From: Octopus bimaculoides | Lineage: Eukaryota | NCBI RefSeq assembly: GCF_001194135.2 | Contig: NC_068986.1 | Span: 5,132,725-5,196,724 of the forward strand | Length of the DNA: 64,000 nucleotides | Reading direction: 5' to 3' | Part shown: positions 49,181 to 61,173 of the stretch, in pieces | Layout of the letters: each line of letters starts with the position of its first letter | Position numbering within the stretch: position 1 is the first letter of the stretch | The notes under the pieces: generated by a model | The model's input: the letters and a program-made list of their open reading frames with translations, nothing else | Database searches by the model: none | Told to the model about the DNA's origin: nothing | Translations under genes and position numbers: made by a program

Positions 49181-49256
49181 TTAAAGAATGTGTTGAGTTA
49201 CATTACTGCATTTTTAATCAAAACTTGTGAGTTACTAAGGTGATAATACTACTTAT

Positions 49257-49328
<72 letters not shown>

Positions 49329-50104
49329 AACACACACTGTATTTGTCTCTTAACAACAACTTTTTCGTTTCCCCTTCTTCCCTCTCTCTACACAGATGTT
49401 CTTACAGACAGAGATCAGCTTCTCTTGTATAATATAAGATGTGTCACTTAACCACTGGCAGTAATATAGGGTGCACCAAGTTACCAAGATCAAAACAAAG
49501 CAGAAGGAAAACAAAGGGACAAACTGCAAGATAACTCACTTCAGAAAGAAAAAAGTGCATACACTTGATTAGATACATCAATGAAACAGGACTGAGAATT
49601 GTTCTTTTAGCTTAAATCATAAGCATGTCAACCATTCCTACTCCTTGTTGTTGCCTTGATCTGCTCTCCCCAGCTATACTTGTGGCATATAGGTAATTGA
49701 CCAAGCAATTAATAGCAACCTTCAGATCAAGCACTTTGAACATCCTATGCAGAAGTTTGGCCTGAGAACACACTTCTACACTCCCTTTATATATAAATCC
49801 TTGGTCTGACTCCAGCTTATTGGATATTTGGTACTGAATTTTTGTCAGTGTACTATGTCTTCCCATTTTACTACCAATCGACTCCACTTTTTGTTTGTGT
49901 GCAATAAATTTTCATTTTACTACACAGGCATGGCTATGTGCTATAGAGTTTATTTTGTTTCCACATGATCTTGAGTTTTATTTCACTGCAGAGAACCTTA
50001 GGCATGTGTCTTCTATTGTAGCTTCAGGCCAACTAATACCTTTGTGAATGGAACTGGTAAATGGAAGCTATATAGAAGCTTGTGTGTGTGTAAATACATA
50101 CATG

Positions 50105-50137
<33 letters not shown>

Positions 50138-50531
50138 CCAAATTTAGGGAACTGGGTAAATAAAATCCAAGTTACATATGTTTTTTAGCTAGCAGAACTT
50201 CAGAAATAGTAATTACTCAATGAAGGGTATTCTGTTGTATATCTGAATAGGTGTGTACATTATGCATCTTTGCATGAAAGTGTTCTGCTGAAAAAAAAAA
50301 AAAAGAATGCTGTTTGTTGATATTCCTGACAAGCTAGTTGTCATAGCTTTCAAAAATTAGTGAAATAATAAAGTCCATTACTTGTTTTTAATGGGAAGGG
50401 CATCTAATTATAAAACAATGTCTCATATTTTACCAACCCATGCTAGTATAAAAAAAAAAGACATAAAGCAAATGAACAAACACCAATGCAACTTATGATA
50501 GTATACTGTATATCTCTTCATTTTATTACAG

Positions 50532-50575
50532 ACCTAACCCAACTTTCGCATATGGTTCACCACAACTAAAAGCAG
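50532..50575 (+). CDS. ERO1L: ERO1-like exon 8 (KPNPTFAYGSPQLKAG)
   Basis: 44 nt, phase 2/1, ttttattacAG / CAG|GTATGT; phases bridge exon 7 to the downstream phase-1 exons and give the expected CFKP junction. Confidence 0.82.
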
Positions 50576-51281
50576 GTATGTCAAATTAAATTGATTTTCT
50601 TTCAAAAATTATTTTTTAAATGCAAAATCTTTTGAATGTAATGTTTTCCTCCATTTTAGATTTTGCATAATGAAATATTAAAATTTATATAAATTTAAGG
50701 ATGTTGAATATTATTTCAATATGAAGCAAGTCAAATAGATTACATTGAGTCAATCTTTTCTCATGACTTTTCATGATTTAATAGTTCTGTTTATAATCTG
50801 TGATTTGAAACACCTTGTCACAAAGTGCCTATATACATATAAAAAAATAATGGAAACTTACTTAATAATGCAGAATAAAGTTAAATCTTACTGCCATACT
50901 CTAGCAACTGTTTAGACAATCTTCAACAACTGAAGCTTCCAAGTTCTTGTATTACCATATACATTACTCTCTAATGCTTGTGTATGAATGGTCTGAAGGT
51001 ACTATGTGAGTAGAATTTACTATATTTCATACATTTGATAGAATATACTATGCAAACTCTAAGGTATTCGTTGTCATTTTCAGTCAGGCTATAGGCTAAC
51101 GTCTATTGGGATTGGAAGTCTCAGTTTTAGAGATCTTTATTCATCCAAACCTATCTTTGCAGTGGCTAGCTTCACTATCTAAGCGAAATTTATTTATTTA
51201 AATGATTTTTGCTTTGAAACTATTAAAAATATGGTATTTGAAATAATATGATTTTGGTAAATGTGATTGAAAGAACATAAA

Positions 51282-51640
51282 TTATTACTTCCACCTTAGC
51301 AAAGGCAGAGGTATTGTTTTCAGTTGTGTTTGTTTGTAGGTAAGATATCTCAAGAACCATTGGATGGATTCGGATGAAACTTGGAGATGTTTGGCCTCAT
51401 AACTGGCATAAACTGATTAGATTTTGGGATCAATCTGGTACCAGACAAGGATTCTGGATTATTTTTCCGTTTTTTTTACTTAATTTTTGAGAGCGGTCGG
51501 GTTCATTTTTAGTATTCTCGTTTGTGAGAGCAGTCAAGTTTATTTCAGATATTCTCATTTTTAAAATCATCTCCGGCTAATCGTTGGGAGGATGCTGGTG
51601 TTGCCATGGCAGAGGTTTGCGCTCTCTGAGTGCTCTTGTT
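51282..51640 (+). mobile_element. Helentron/DINE-like non-autonomous Helitron-related element
   Basis: 5' ttattacttccacc...aaggcagaggt inverted repeat, gtttgtttgt repeat, 3' ggcagaggt subterminal repeat followed by short hairpin gcgctctctgagtgc and T-rich end. Confidence 0.65.
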
Positions 51641-53869
51641 TGTATAGTTTTTGTTTTGTATTTTTCTTTCCTTTGTTAGTCAGTGAAGAAACATGGCTTA
51701 GTGATTAACATGTTCAGCTCACAATCATTAGGTCACAAACTTTTGACTAGACAGTCCATTGTGCCCTTAACTAAGGCTCTTTATTTCACAGTCCACTCAA
51801 CTGAGAATGAGTACCAGTGGCAACTAGGGAGTTAGCCCTCCAATAGACAGACTGGCTTCCCATTCAGAGACGTAGTTTTGTGCCTTCAGTTATCTGAACA
51901 CCTCAAAAAGCCTGATAAGCTCTTGGTTTATGAGCCTGTTAACTTAAAGTAGACTCTTCTAAATGCCAAAAAGTGACATTTCTTATGTGTGGCTTGACAT
52001 ACAAAAGAAATAGATCCTGTTATATAACCTTCCACTGACTAATTTCTAGTACTCTATTGATATTTGAATCTATTCCCATGGTTACTGAAAAATATGCTTT
52101 ATGCTATTATTTTCTGTTGTAACATTTTTTGAAATAATTGGCTATTATTACTAAAGCTGGTAAATGGAAGAATGGGTTTTTTTTATTCCTTTTTATAAAT
52201 CATGTGCAAAAGAAAATGACTGAACGATTTAAGAATTCACTTTACAACTACATGATTGTGGGTTCAGTCCCACCATATGACACCTTGGGCTGGTACATTC
52301 TGCTACAGCTTTGTGATAACCTTGTGGGTGAATTTGGTGGACAGAAATTGTAAGGAAGTCCATCACATATGTGTGTGCATGCATTGGTGTGTGTGTGTGT
52401 GAGCATCCTTGTGTTTATTTCTCACTGCTTGACAACCATTGTTGTCAAGAATATGTCCTTGTAACCTTGTAAGATAGCAGTTTGGCAAAACAAAATTGAT
52501 AGAATAAGTATCAGATTTTAACAATAAATACTGGTGTTGATTTTATTGACGAAACCCTTCAAGACGGTACCCCAGCATAGCCACAGTCCAATGGCTGAAA
52601 CAAGTAAAAGAGTAAAAAGAAGCATATTTCTCAGAGGGTCTATTCTAGCTTTTGCTTATTTGATTGTTCTTTGTTCTCTGCTTTGGTTACTTATTATTCA
52701 GCAGTGGGAATTGTTTGTAATGTTACAACAATGGTGTAGCAGCATTCTTCATATTTAATCCTTTAGCAATCAGATTACTCATTCAAATGTAATGTTTATT
52801 TATTCACATTGTTTTGAATTTTTATCATACATTGTCTTGTAACTTTGAGATTTCAATGATGTGAATGTATATTTCTAGAATGACATTGTTGGGTAGATGT
52901 GAGAGACTGTTTGGCCACTTTGAACCTAAAACAGGTAGAATATTTGGACCAAATACAGCCTGTTTAAATGCTAAAGTGTTAAAGAGGTACAATTCAAACA
53001 AAACCATCACATCAGCCCATGACTCATAGAAGAAATATTTGGGGATTTTCAATGAAAATCTATTTCCATTTTTGTTTTGTTCTCTCAAGTGGTTTTTGTT
53101 CTGCTTAATTTCTTATTTATTAATCAAGCATTTCACCTGACGAAGCTTTACAGATAGTTTTGTTTTGTTTAACTGATTGGTTATCTCATTCTTTCTACTT
53201 TAAAAATGATTCTAATAGTTTCTTATCACATTTTATAATTTTCCTTGGACATTTAAATGCACTTCAAAAATTTTAATGTTTTTCACTGGAGCTCATTCAA
53301 ACTGGTGAAGTTTTGCTTGGTTAAGGTGAAACCAACATCTACCACATAACCAGATTCTATCATTGACAAACAACCAAAGGTTGTTTATTTTCAGAAATGG
53401 GAACAAACATCTCTGTACTTTGAATTCTTGATCCAGAACAAGATCTAACATCTTCAGCGTCATTAATGTTGTGTTTTCTATTATTCACATCATACATTAT
53501 CTTTCTTTTCCTTTGGTTTAATAGAATAACTCCGTTTTATATCATTCACATGACGCATCATCCTTCTTTTCGTTCTGTTTAATAGATTAATTCACTTTTC
53601 TTTTCTTTTCAGCATGCATGTATTTATTTATTTAATGTAAAGATTCAAATCCAGTTAAAGTTTTAGTAATGTCTATTTTATTTATGAAAAGGTTTTTTTT
53701 TTCTCCCATCAAGTATGAAGGTTCAAATCTTCTTAAAGTTATATATTCTATTGTACATTGTTGTTTCTTCAACCACTAAAATATATCAAAGCATACTTCT
53801 GCAGATCATGGATGTGGAAAGAACTTCAATATGGAATAATTGTAATAATAGGATAGGGCTGAGAAGTAA

Positions 53870-55330
53870 ACATTGCACATTAAATGTTTTGATGAACTCC
53901 TTAACAACTCCTACATTGCTGCTGATGGCATCTCTCTACATAGCTAGCCCAGCTCTCACAAGCTATTTATCTATACCTCATTTTTTTATTAATCACCCGA
54001 GTACAGGGAATTATATTCTGTCCAAGGCCTTTTGCAGATCAACAAATACTTGGTAGTAGTCTGCTCTTTTGTCTCACTGAGAAGAGACCATCAGACCTAC
54101 CCCATTCTGGCATAAATCTGAACTGCATCTTATCTAAGCTAATTCTTCTTCTGTTATTTTCGTAATTTGGTCAAACAATTTGATGCTTCTTTGAGATTTT
54201 TTTTATCTTTCTAGAGCACCCCTTTTGTCCTTTTAGTTGTTGAAGATGTTATTATTACACCAGTCATGGAGTATGTTGCTTCCTGTACCAGCTGACTGAG
54301 TATGCAAGTGACATGTGTATTCCCTGATAGTCCAATAGCTTTTTCTGCCTTCATATCTTTAATCATTCTATCTACTATGTAACTGTCAACTTCAGTAGCT
54401 ATTGGGTATACTTGAGGTGATCTCTCTTTCTCTCACACATTGCCCACATTCTGCAACTTCCCATAGTAGTATTTCCAAATCCATTTTCTCTTCAATGAAA
54501 TAAGTGCACCATTGTCATTCCATACACACTTTTCCTCATCAAAATCCTGACATGCTTCTGTACAATCTAGAACACAAGAAACCACTGATCGTCACATCAC
54601 AGAATTTTGACAAATTTCTTATTTTTGGCTTTTCTCCAAGCTACATGTGTCTGATGTCCAGCTTCTCTTAAAATTACTTGATATTGTTTACTGCTCTCCA
54701 CTTCCAACCTTCCCAGGCCTGTCTCTTAGCTTTTATGGCTCTGTCTGCTCAATCATTCCATCATTATGTTACTTTTCATTTGGCTGATACCTCACTTCAT
54801 TTTCAGATCTGGTAATGGCATGCTAGATTGTTGGTTGTCCTCTATGCTATAGATCTGTCTCTTACTCCTTTTTTAGCAAATACTTCACCTAGAATTGCTT
54901 TAGACCTACATCCAGCAGAAGGATCTTTCAGTTGCCATAACTTCCTTCAGATTGTCTTAACTTCCTTCAGAATCTCAGATTCTGTCCAACTCTTACTGTG
55001 AAGTTAATAATCACTAGTCTTTCTTAAGTGAAACATGCTTCACCAGAGATAGGCTTAATGTTCACAATCATCTGTCTACCTTGTTTCCTGGTGAGTATGA
55101 AGCCAATCTGTCTTGTGAGCTTTCTTGATTGGGAGGGGGTCTGGTGATTTTTCAGTTTCCTGAAGTTAGGATTGCAAATGGTTTGGTCATTTGTATCACA
55201 GAACTCCAAGAACCTTGATCCCTTCTTATTGCTTGTGCTATATCTTAAGTCTCAATCTATGTTGACGTAGCCATCATGACATTGTTCAACTTGTCCATTA
55301 AGGAACTAGCTGTGATAACTGAGTTGCTGT
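53870..55330 (-). mobile_element. Decayed RTE/RTEX LINE fragment (APE endonuclease through RT)
   Basis: EFCDTNDQTICNPNFRK...QIGFILTRK (endonuclease end) and LDKMQFRFMP...LVRAGLAM*RD (RT). Confidence 0.78.
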
Positions 55331-55841
55331 CATTCATTATCAAGGTAGTTCACAAAGAGTCCGCATAGAAACTGTCAGCACAGCTAATACAACATTAAAA
55401 ATACCTAAACATATCCAGCTTCTTGTTCCTTATATTAACTAAGTGTAGAAATTGAACATTTTCTGTTAAATTTGTTTTTAAAATCCAATGTTTGCTGAGT
55501 TTAAAAAGAAGTTACATGTCAATTATATGTGTCAGTAAAACTTTCAATAGATCCACTTAAATATTCAAAAGAAATTTTCATTTTTTTTAATATTTAGAGA
55601 ATCTGTTGAACAGTAATGTTGTTACATCATTTGTGCTGTGTAGTTTTTATTTTGTACATACAAAGATATTACTGGAGTCTTTCATATAAACCAACACTGC
55701 AACTGTGAAGTTGCTTTTATTTTTGCACAAACATACTTTGTCATCTTTGAATAATGCAGAACAATTATATCCTGTCTGTGAATACTGGAAATCTTGATTT
55801 CATTTATTTAATCAAACCATTGTTATTTCTAATGTTTTCAG

Positions 55842-55856
55842 GCGATCAATTAGAAG
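55842..55856 (+). CDS. ERO1L: ERO1-like candidate 15-nt microexon (GDQLEG)
   Basis: ttctaatgttttcAG|GCGATCAATTAGAAG|GTAAAA, phase 1/1, frame-preserving; yields QLEG-ICLEKR, matching the vertebrate WLEG-LCVEKR junction. Confidence 0.65.
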
Positions 55857-58598
55857 GTAAAACAAAAGCAAAGTTTCTGACTATTTATATATATATATAT
55901 AAATATATATCTTTCCCTGGCTTATCCTATCTTTGCATGCAAAATTACATGTATGTACAGTGACAAATTTTCTTTACTTTTTTTGTGTGTCTGTGTGTTT
56001 TCCTTTTCTATTTCTTTTAATTTCAATTTCAGCATTCAAATTTGTTCCTTTCCAAAATACAAGTAGTTGAAAAAATATTTATTCCTAAGAAATAGTTCAG
56101 CTCTTTTCCCTCCATCTTCAGAAAATACTAACATTTCTCAAATTTATATTTATTTTTAATAATCATTTAAAAGCTTTAGAATTAGCTAATGGAAAATAGT
56201 AAATATTTTCTATATTCCATACATTGTAAATTTTACAGCTATAAGCAGCAAATTGTTAGAGTATTGCAGTATTCATTTTAGGTCTCCGCACCTTGATTTC
56301 AAATTCTGCTGAGGTCAGCTTTGCCTTTCATCTTTTTGAGGTTGATAAATGAAGTATCAGTTCAGTACTGGAGTTCCTTCTCTCTTTCTTGGATTATACT
56401 TGTAATTCAAATATCCAACTCTGTCACTGGCATGAGAATTGCAAAAGGGTTCATATGTCTAAGGAATATGCAGCCACTTACATGTTAGGTTCACAAATAG
56501 AAATTCAGTTGATTGAACTACTGAATGCTTATCAATGAGATCAACAGAGAACCTACCTTCAGTCACTCTCAGCTGTGGTAGTTTAGCTATTTCTCACTAC
56601 ATTAATGCATCTGTTAGCCCCATCTTCAAAATATTTGAAATAATTCATATTTTATGTTCCCTCTATTAAATATTTTTATTCTGTTTTGTAAATTTACTTT
56701 ATTTGTTCTTATACTTTTCTTGACTTGATCAATATTTCTATTATTCCTTATTCTCTCTTATTCTTTATTCTATAATCATTAGTTTTACTCTATAAATTGT
56801 TAGTTTTAAAAATAAGATGAATGCTTTTAGTTTTCCACTTGAGGAATTCCTGATTTGAGAATTTAAATTAAGCTACCTTTCAAATATATTATATTACCCT
56901 ATTTATTCATATTTTGATGTATTTCTTATATCTACATCACTTATGTAGACCTATAAATTAGTTCTTCCTATTTTACCCATAACTCTTTATTCTCTATGAA
57001 CAACTTTATAATCAATTCTTACCTCTGTGTTGGTTTCCTTCTTTCTTCTGATAGCTAATCCTGCCCTAAATTCATTTAACACCACCTAAAAGATTATAAC
57101 TCGAGTAACTCTAAAATATTTTATAAATTCTTCCTATGTGTACTTCTAAATAGGACTTTACAGAATCTATATTCGTTGCTTTTAGTTGCTGTGAAGTTGG
57201 TTTTTAATTTTTGCACAAAGGTATCTTGTCCACTATTTTCTTTTGATAATTGTTAATATACAGCTTATGTATTAATATGCTGTTGTAATTATCTTACTTA
57301 GAAATTAATTGTTTCTGATTTAAATTAAATTCTCTGTCACTGTGCGTACATGTACACCATGGTATGGTTTGCTTTGAAATGCATGATAAAACTTATCATC
57401 ACCCAGCAAACTATTATCAATGGCATTGCTTCTGTAGCATAACTCTTTCTATTAGTCTCATTTCCTTAAAGATCCTGTTTGAATTATATATATTGATATA
57501 GTCATTAGAAGTAATAGTAGTTAATTATGTGTCACTTTTAAACTAGTTCTTCATTCAAATTTGCCTTTATTTCTTTTAAAGAATTGTTAGTTTCTCTTAT
57601 TGCACTGGTTGATTTCAACTTTGTCACAACAATAATTATTATAATGTTGACATATATTATGTAGTTTCAAATATAATAAATTGCATGCTGTAAGCAGCTG
57701 TAATCTCATAATAAATTTCTGGATGCTATGAGCAAAAATGTCTTAACGATCCTGTTATATTTTTTAATTGTATTTCAACTGTAATTTGAAACTTTAGAAA
57801 CTAGATTTTTCAGATTCTAAACATAAAATACTCAGCAATTTGTAGATGTTTTAAGACAAAATATTTGTAAAGTTGAAAAGTTGGATATCTGTCTTGAGAT
57901 AACATGTTTTTCTTGGAGCTAAGTGATTAAAATCCAATGAAATGATTGTAGTAGTCATCAGTTAATAGCAGTTACATGAGAAAGTTCATGAACAAGTTGG
58001 TTTAAAACTGATTTAGACATACATTAACTTAGTCAAACATCAATTAAACTAATTAAGGTAATAAGTTAGTTTTAAGCTTTGATTTCATGGATGGGAACTA
58101 CCTCTAAACAAGTATTTTCTTTTGAAAAGCTACAAAATTTATAATTACTCTTCTAAATTACTATGGGATATTTGCAACTGTTCAGAATACAACAGTTTAG
58201 TATAGCTTACATTCCTGTATTTGAACTTAGAAAAGTCACTATTTCTATAACATATTTCTGATACATGAGCATAACATCTTCATCTTTTTCTGATATGTAT
58301 TAGCCAAAAAAATTATTTGATGAATGAATTTGCCTGAATTCTTTTTATGGTTATGGGCTTAAACTACCCTATCTCTTTTTTTTTTATTTAAATAATTTTC
58401 CCATTTGCAATTTTGTTTCATTTGCTAAGTAAAATTGAAATACAATATTATGCATTTCAACAAAACTAGATTGACAAACTTTAAAACTCCATACAATTAT
58501 GCAAATTTCAAAATGACACCATATAATTTCATGCTGCATAAATTTATATTTGTCTATGCAAAGTAATTTAAGAACAAATAAGTTTTGTGTGTGTGTGT

Positions 58599-58648
<50 letters not shown>

Positions 58649-59153
58649 TCATCATCATTTAACACCCATTGTACATGCTGGCATGGGTTGGACAATATGT
58701 GTGTGTGTATATGTAGATATAGATATATCAAGACATAATAACGAAGAATGAAGAGCTATACATCTTCAAAATTTATTTGCTAAAAATCATTTTCTTCATA
58801 TTACATTCCGACATGTTCTTGATGAATAATAGTTCACTAATATGGACTCAGTAAATGCAATTAATAGAAAAAATATAAATAATAATGATGATATAACTAG
58901 TAATAATAATAGCTATCCAGATGAAGTGGAGCATGATATAAATAAAAGTAAGAATGTAGTGAACGTTTATATTGATAACAATAGTAATGGAAACGATAAT
59001 GAATTTATTGAAGCTGGTGTAAGGGAGGTAAATGAACCCTGATCACACCTATGCAATGAATGGCCTGGGCAGTGAATCCAGTGGCACACTTAGTATGGTA
59101 TACTGTGCTGGTAATATTCATACAGTAATACTTGATTCTCAAAACAAAGTTTA

Positions 59154-59280
59154 TTATGCATTATTTACATTCAACGGATATTTGTCTTCATCTTGTTTGT
59201 TGTTAACAACAAACAAGATGAGGACAAATATCTGTCGAATGGAAATAATGTACATAATTCCTCATCTCTTAAATATAGAA
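59154..59280. mobile_element. Tail-only palindrome of family E (about 50-bp arms, no loop, centre GTT|AAC at 59204/59205)
   Basis: ...tcttgtttgttgtt|aacaacaaacaagatgaggacaaat...; right arm continues into the family E tail seen at 33160-33190. Confidence 0.8.
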
Positions 59281-59398
59281 AAGATTATAATACTTCTGTC
59301 AATAATAAACATAGGGTTACTGATAAAAAATGTCCTTGTAATTGTAGAAACAACTTAATGTGTCTGCTTGCAAAATAATATTTTAGAAATAATTTAGT

Positions 59399-59660
59399 AT
59401 ATAAATGTACAGTAACAGTTGAAGGTATTTCAAAAATTACACAAGTTCTTTCTTTACAGATTTTAAATAAAGAATACATAATTATCTTTCTTCTTCCAAA
59501 TACAGAAAAAAAAATTAATCATATAAATTAAATTATATAAATGTACAGTAACAATTGAAGGTATTTCAAACTTTTACATAAATTCTTTCTCTGCAGACTT
59601 TAAAAAAAGGAATACATGATTATCTTCTTTTTAAATTAGAAAAAAATTAATTGTACTTAA
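59399..59660 (+). repeat. Tandem duplication of ~135 bp
   Basis: atataaatgtacagtaaca(g/a)ttgaaggtatttcaaa...gaataca...attatct occurs at ~59399 and ~59535. Confidence 0.8.
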
Positions 59661-60124
59661 GTAAGTTCATTTGAACTTTGAATGATAAAAGCACCAAATA
59701 TGACATTAAATGGACAATTATTAGTAGTGGTTCACCTGATACTAGTGGGAATTAGAAATGTGATTTCTGCCTTGAAGAAATATTCCATATCTTTACATCT
59801 AAATGTAGGTTATTAAACTGCGGAAATGAATTAGCAATAAAATGTTAACATTCATGTAGAAAAAACGTTTAAATATTTTTCAAATAAGTGATTTTAGTTT
59901 GAACTCACTTAGACAGAAGGGCACATAAATAAACCTAGTCATATTCACAAATTTATTTGATATAGGTTTATCTATAACACTAATCTCCAACTGCTAGGAT
60001 AGCCTTTCAATTATATTGTTTATTTGTTTTGTTTTGTTTTTCTATTAAGAAAACTAATCATATTTTATTTTATTCAATTCAATTGATATTAATCTTAATA
60101 TTTTAGCATTATAATATTCTATTA

Positions 60125-60340
60125 TAAGGTGGCAAGCTGGTAGAATTGTTAGCATGCTGAACAAAATGTTTAGCAGCATTTTATCATCTTTACATTGTGA
60201 GTTCAAATTCCACCAAGAATGACTTTGTCTTTCATCCTTTCGGGTCAACAAAACAAGTACTAATTGAGCACTGGAGTCGATGTAATCAACTTACTCCCTC
60301 CCAGAAATTGCTGGCCTTGTGCCTAAATTTGAAACCAATA
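60125..60340 (+). mobile_element. SINE family D. Relatives at 12985-13150, 38915-39110, 56250-56380 (+) and 13600-13830, 25270-25420 (-)
   Basis: Shared gagttcaaattc...gactttgcctttcatcctttcgggg...aagtacc...gcactggggtcgatgtaatc body. Confidence 0.72.
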
Positions 60341-61128
60341 TTATAATTTTCCCTTATGGATAAGTCAAGTTACCCAGCAAAAATCAATATTAACTTCTTC
60401 TTTGTTTCTATTTTTTAAAATTCATTCATTTATTTTATATTACTGTGATGTTAATACATCCTGACCTATTTAAGGTGCCTTCTACTACTAAGAATAACAC
60501 AGTAATCTTTTTCTTTACTGTTTGAAGAGATCATTTTAAGTTTAAATAAAACCAGAACTACGGACATATCATAGTTCACTATTATCTCCATTGCCTTTTG
60601 CCCTAATCTTTTATATTCCCACACCAAGAGTATATCTTAGGAACTCATACCTAATACTTGAACATTCAGCTCCCTTCAGCCACTGCTTTGGGAAACACCC
60701 TGTATAAAGCTGTATAGGATCGTCAACCATTGGATTTGAACATGTATTACACTTGATTAATCAACTAAATGTCTAAAAGTATCACATTAAAAGACCCCGA
60801 GGCATTTATGCAGCAGAAGCACATGTTGAAATGTAATATGAAGAAAATGCTTTTTAATAAATTAATTTTGAAGATGTATAATTCTACATTCTTCATTATC
60901 ATGTCTTGATAATATACCTTATATTCTACATGAAATCGATTGAAGCGAGCTCAGGATTTACCAGTCGAATGAAGTACAGTTTAATTGTTTATTCTAAATC
61001 TTTCCTATCATTCAATGTGGTTAGCTAAGACTGGATTTTATCAGAATGCTCGTAAGGTATCTGCACAAACTTAAAATCCCTATTCCTTTGTGTTATATAG
61101 CTAAATATGTATGGATACATTATATGTA

Positions 61129-61173
<45 letters not shown>

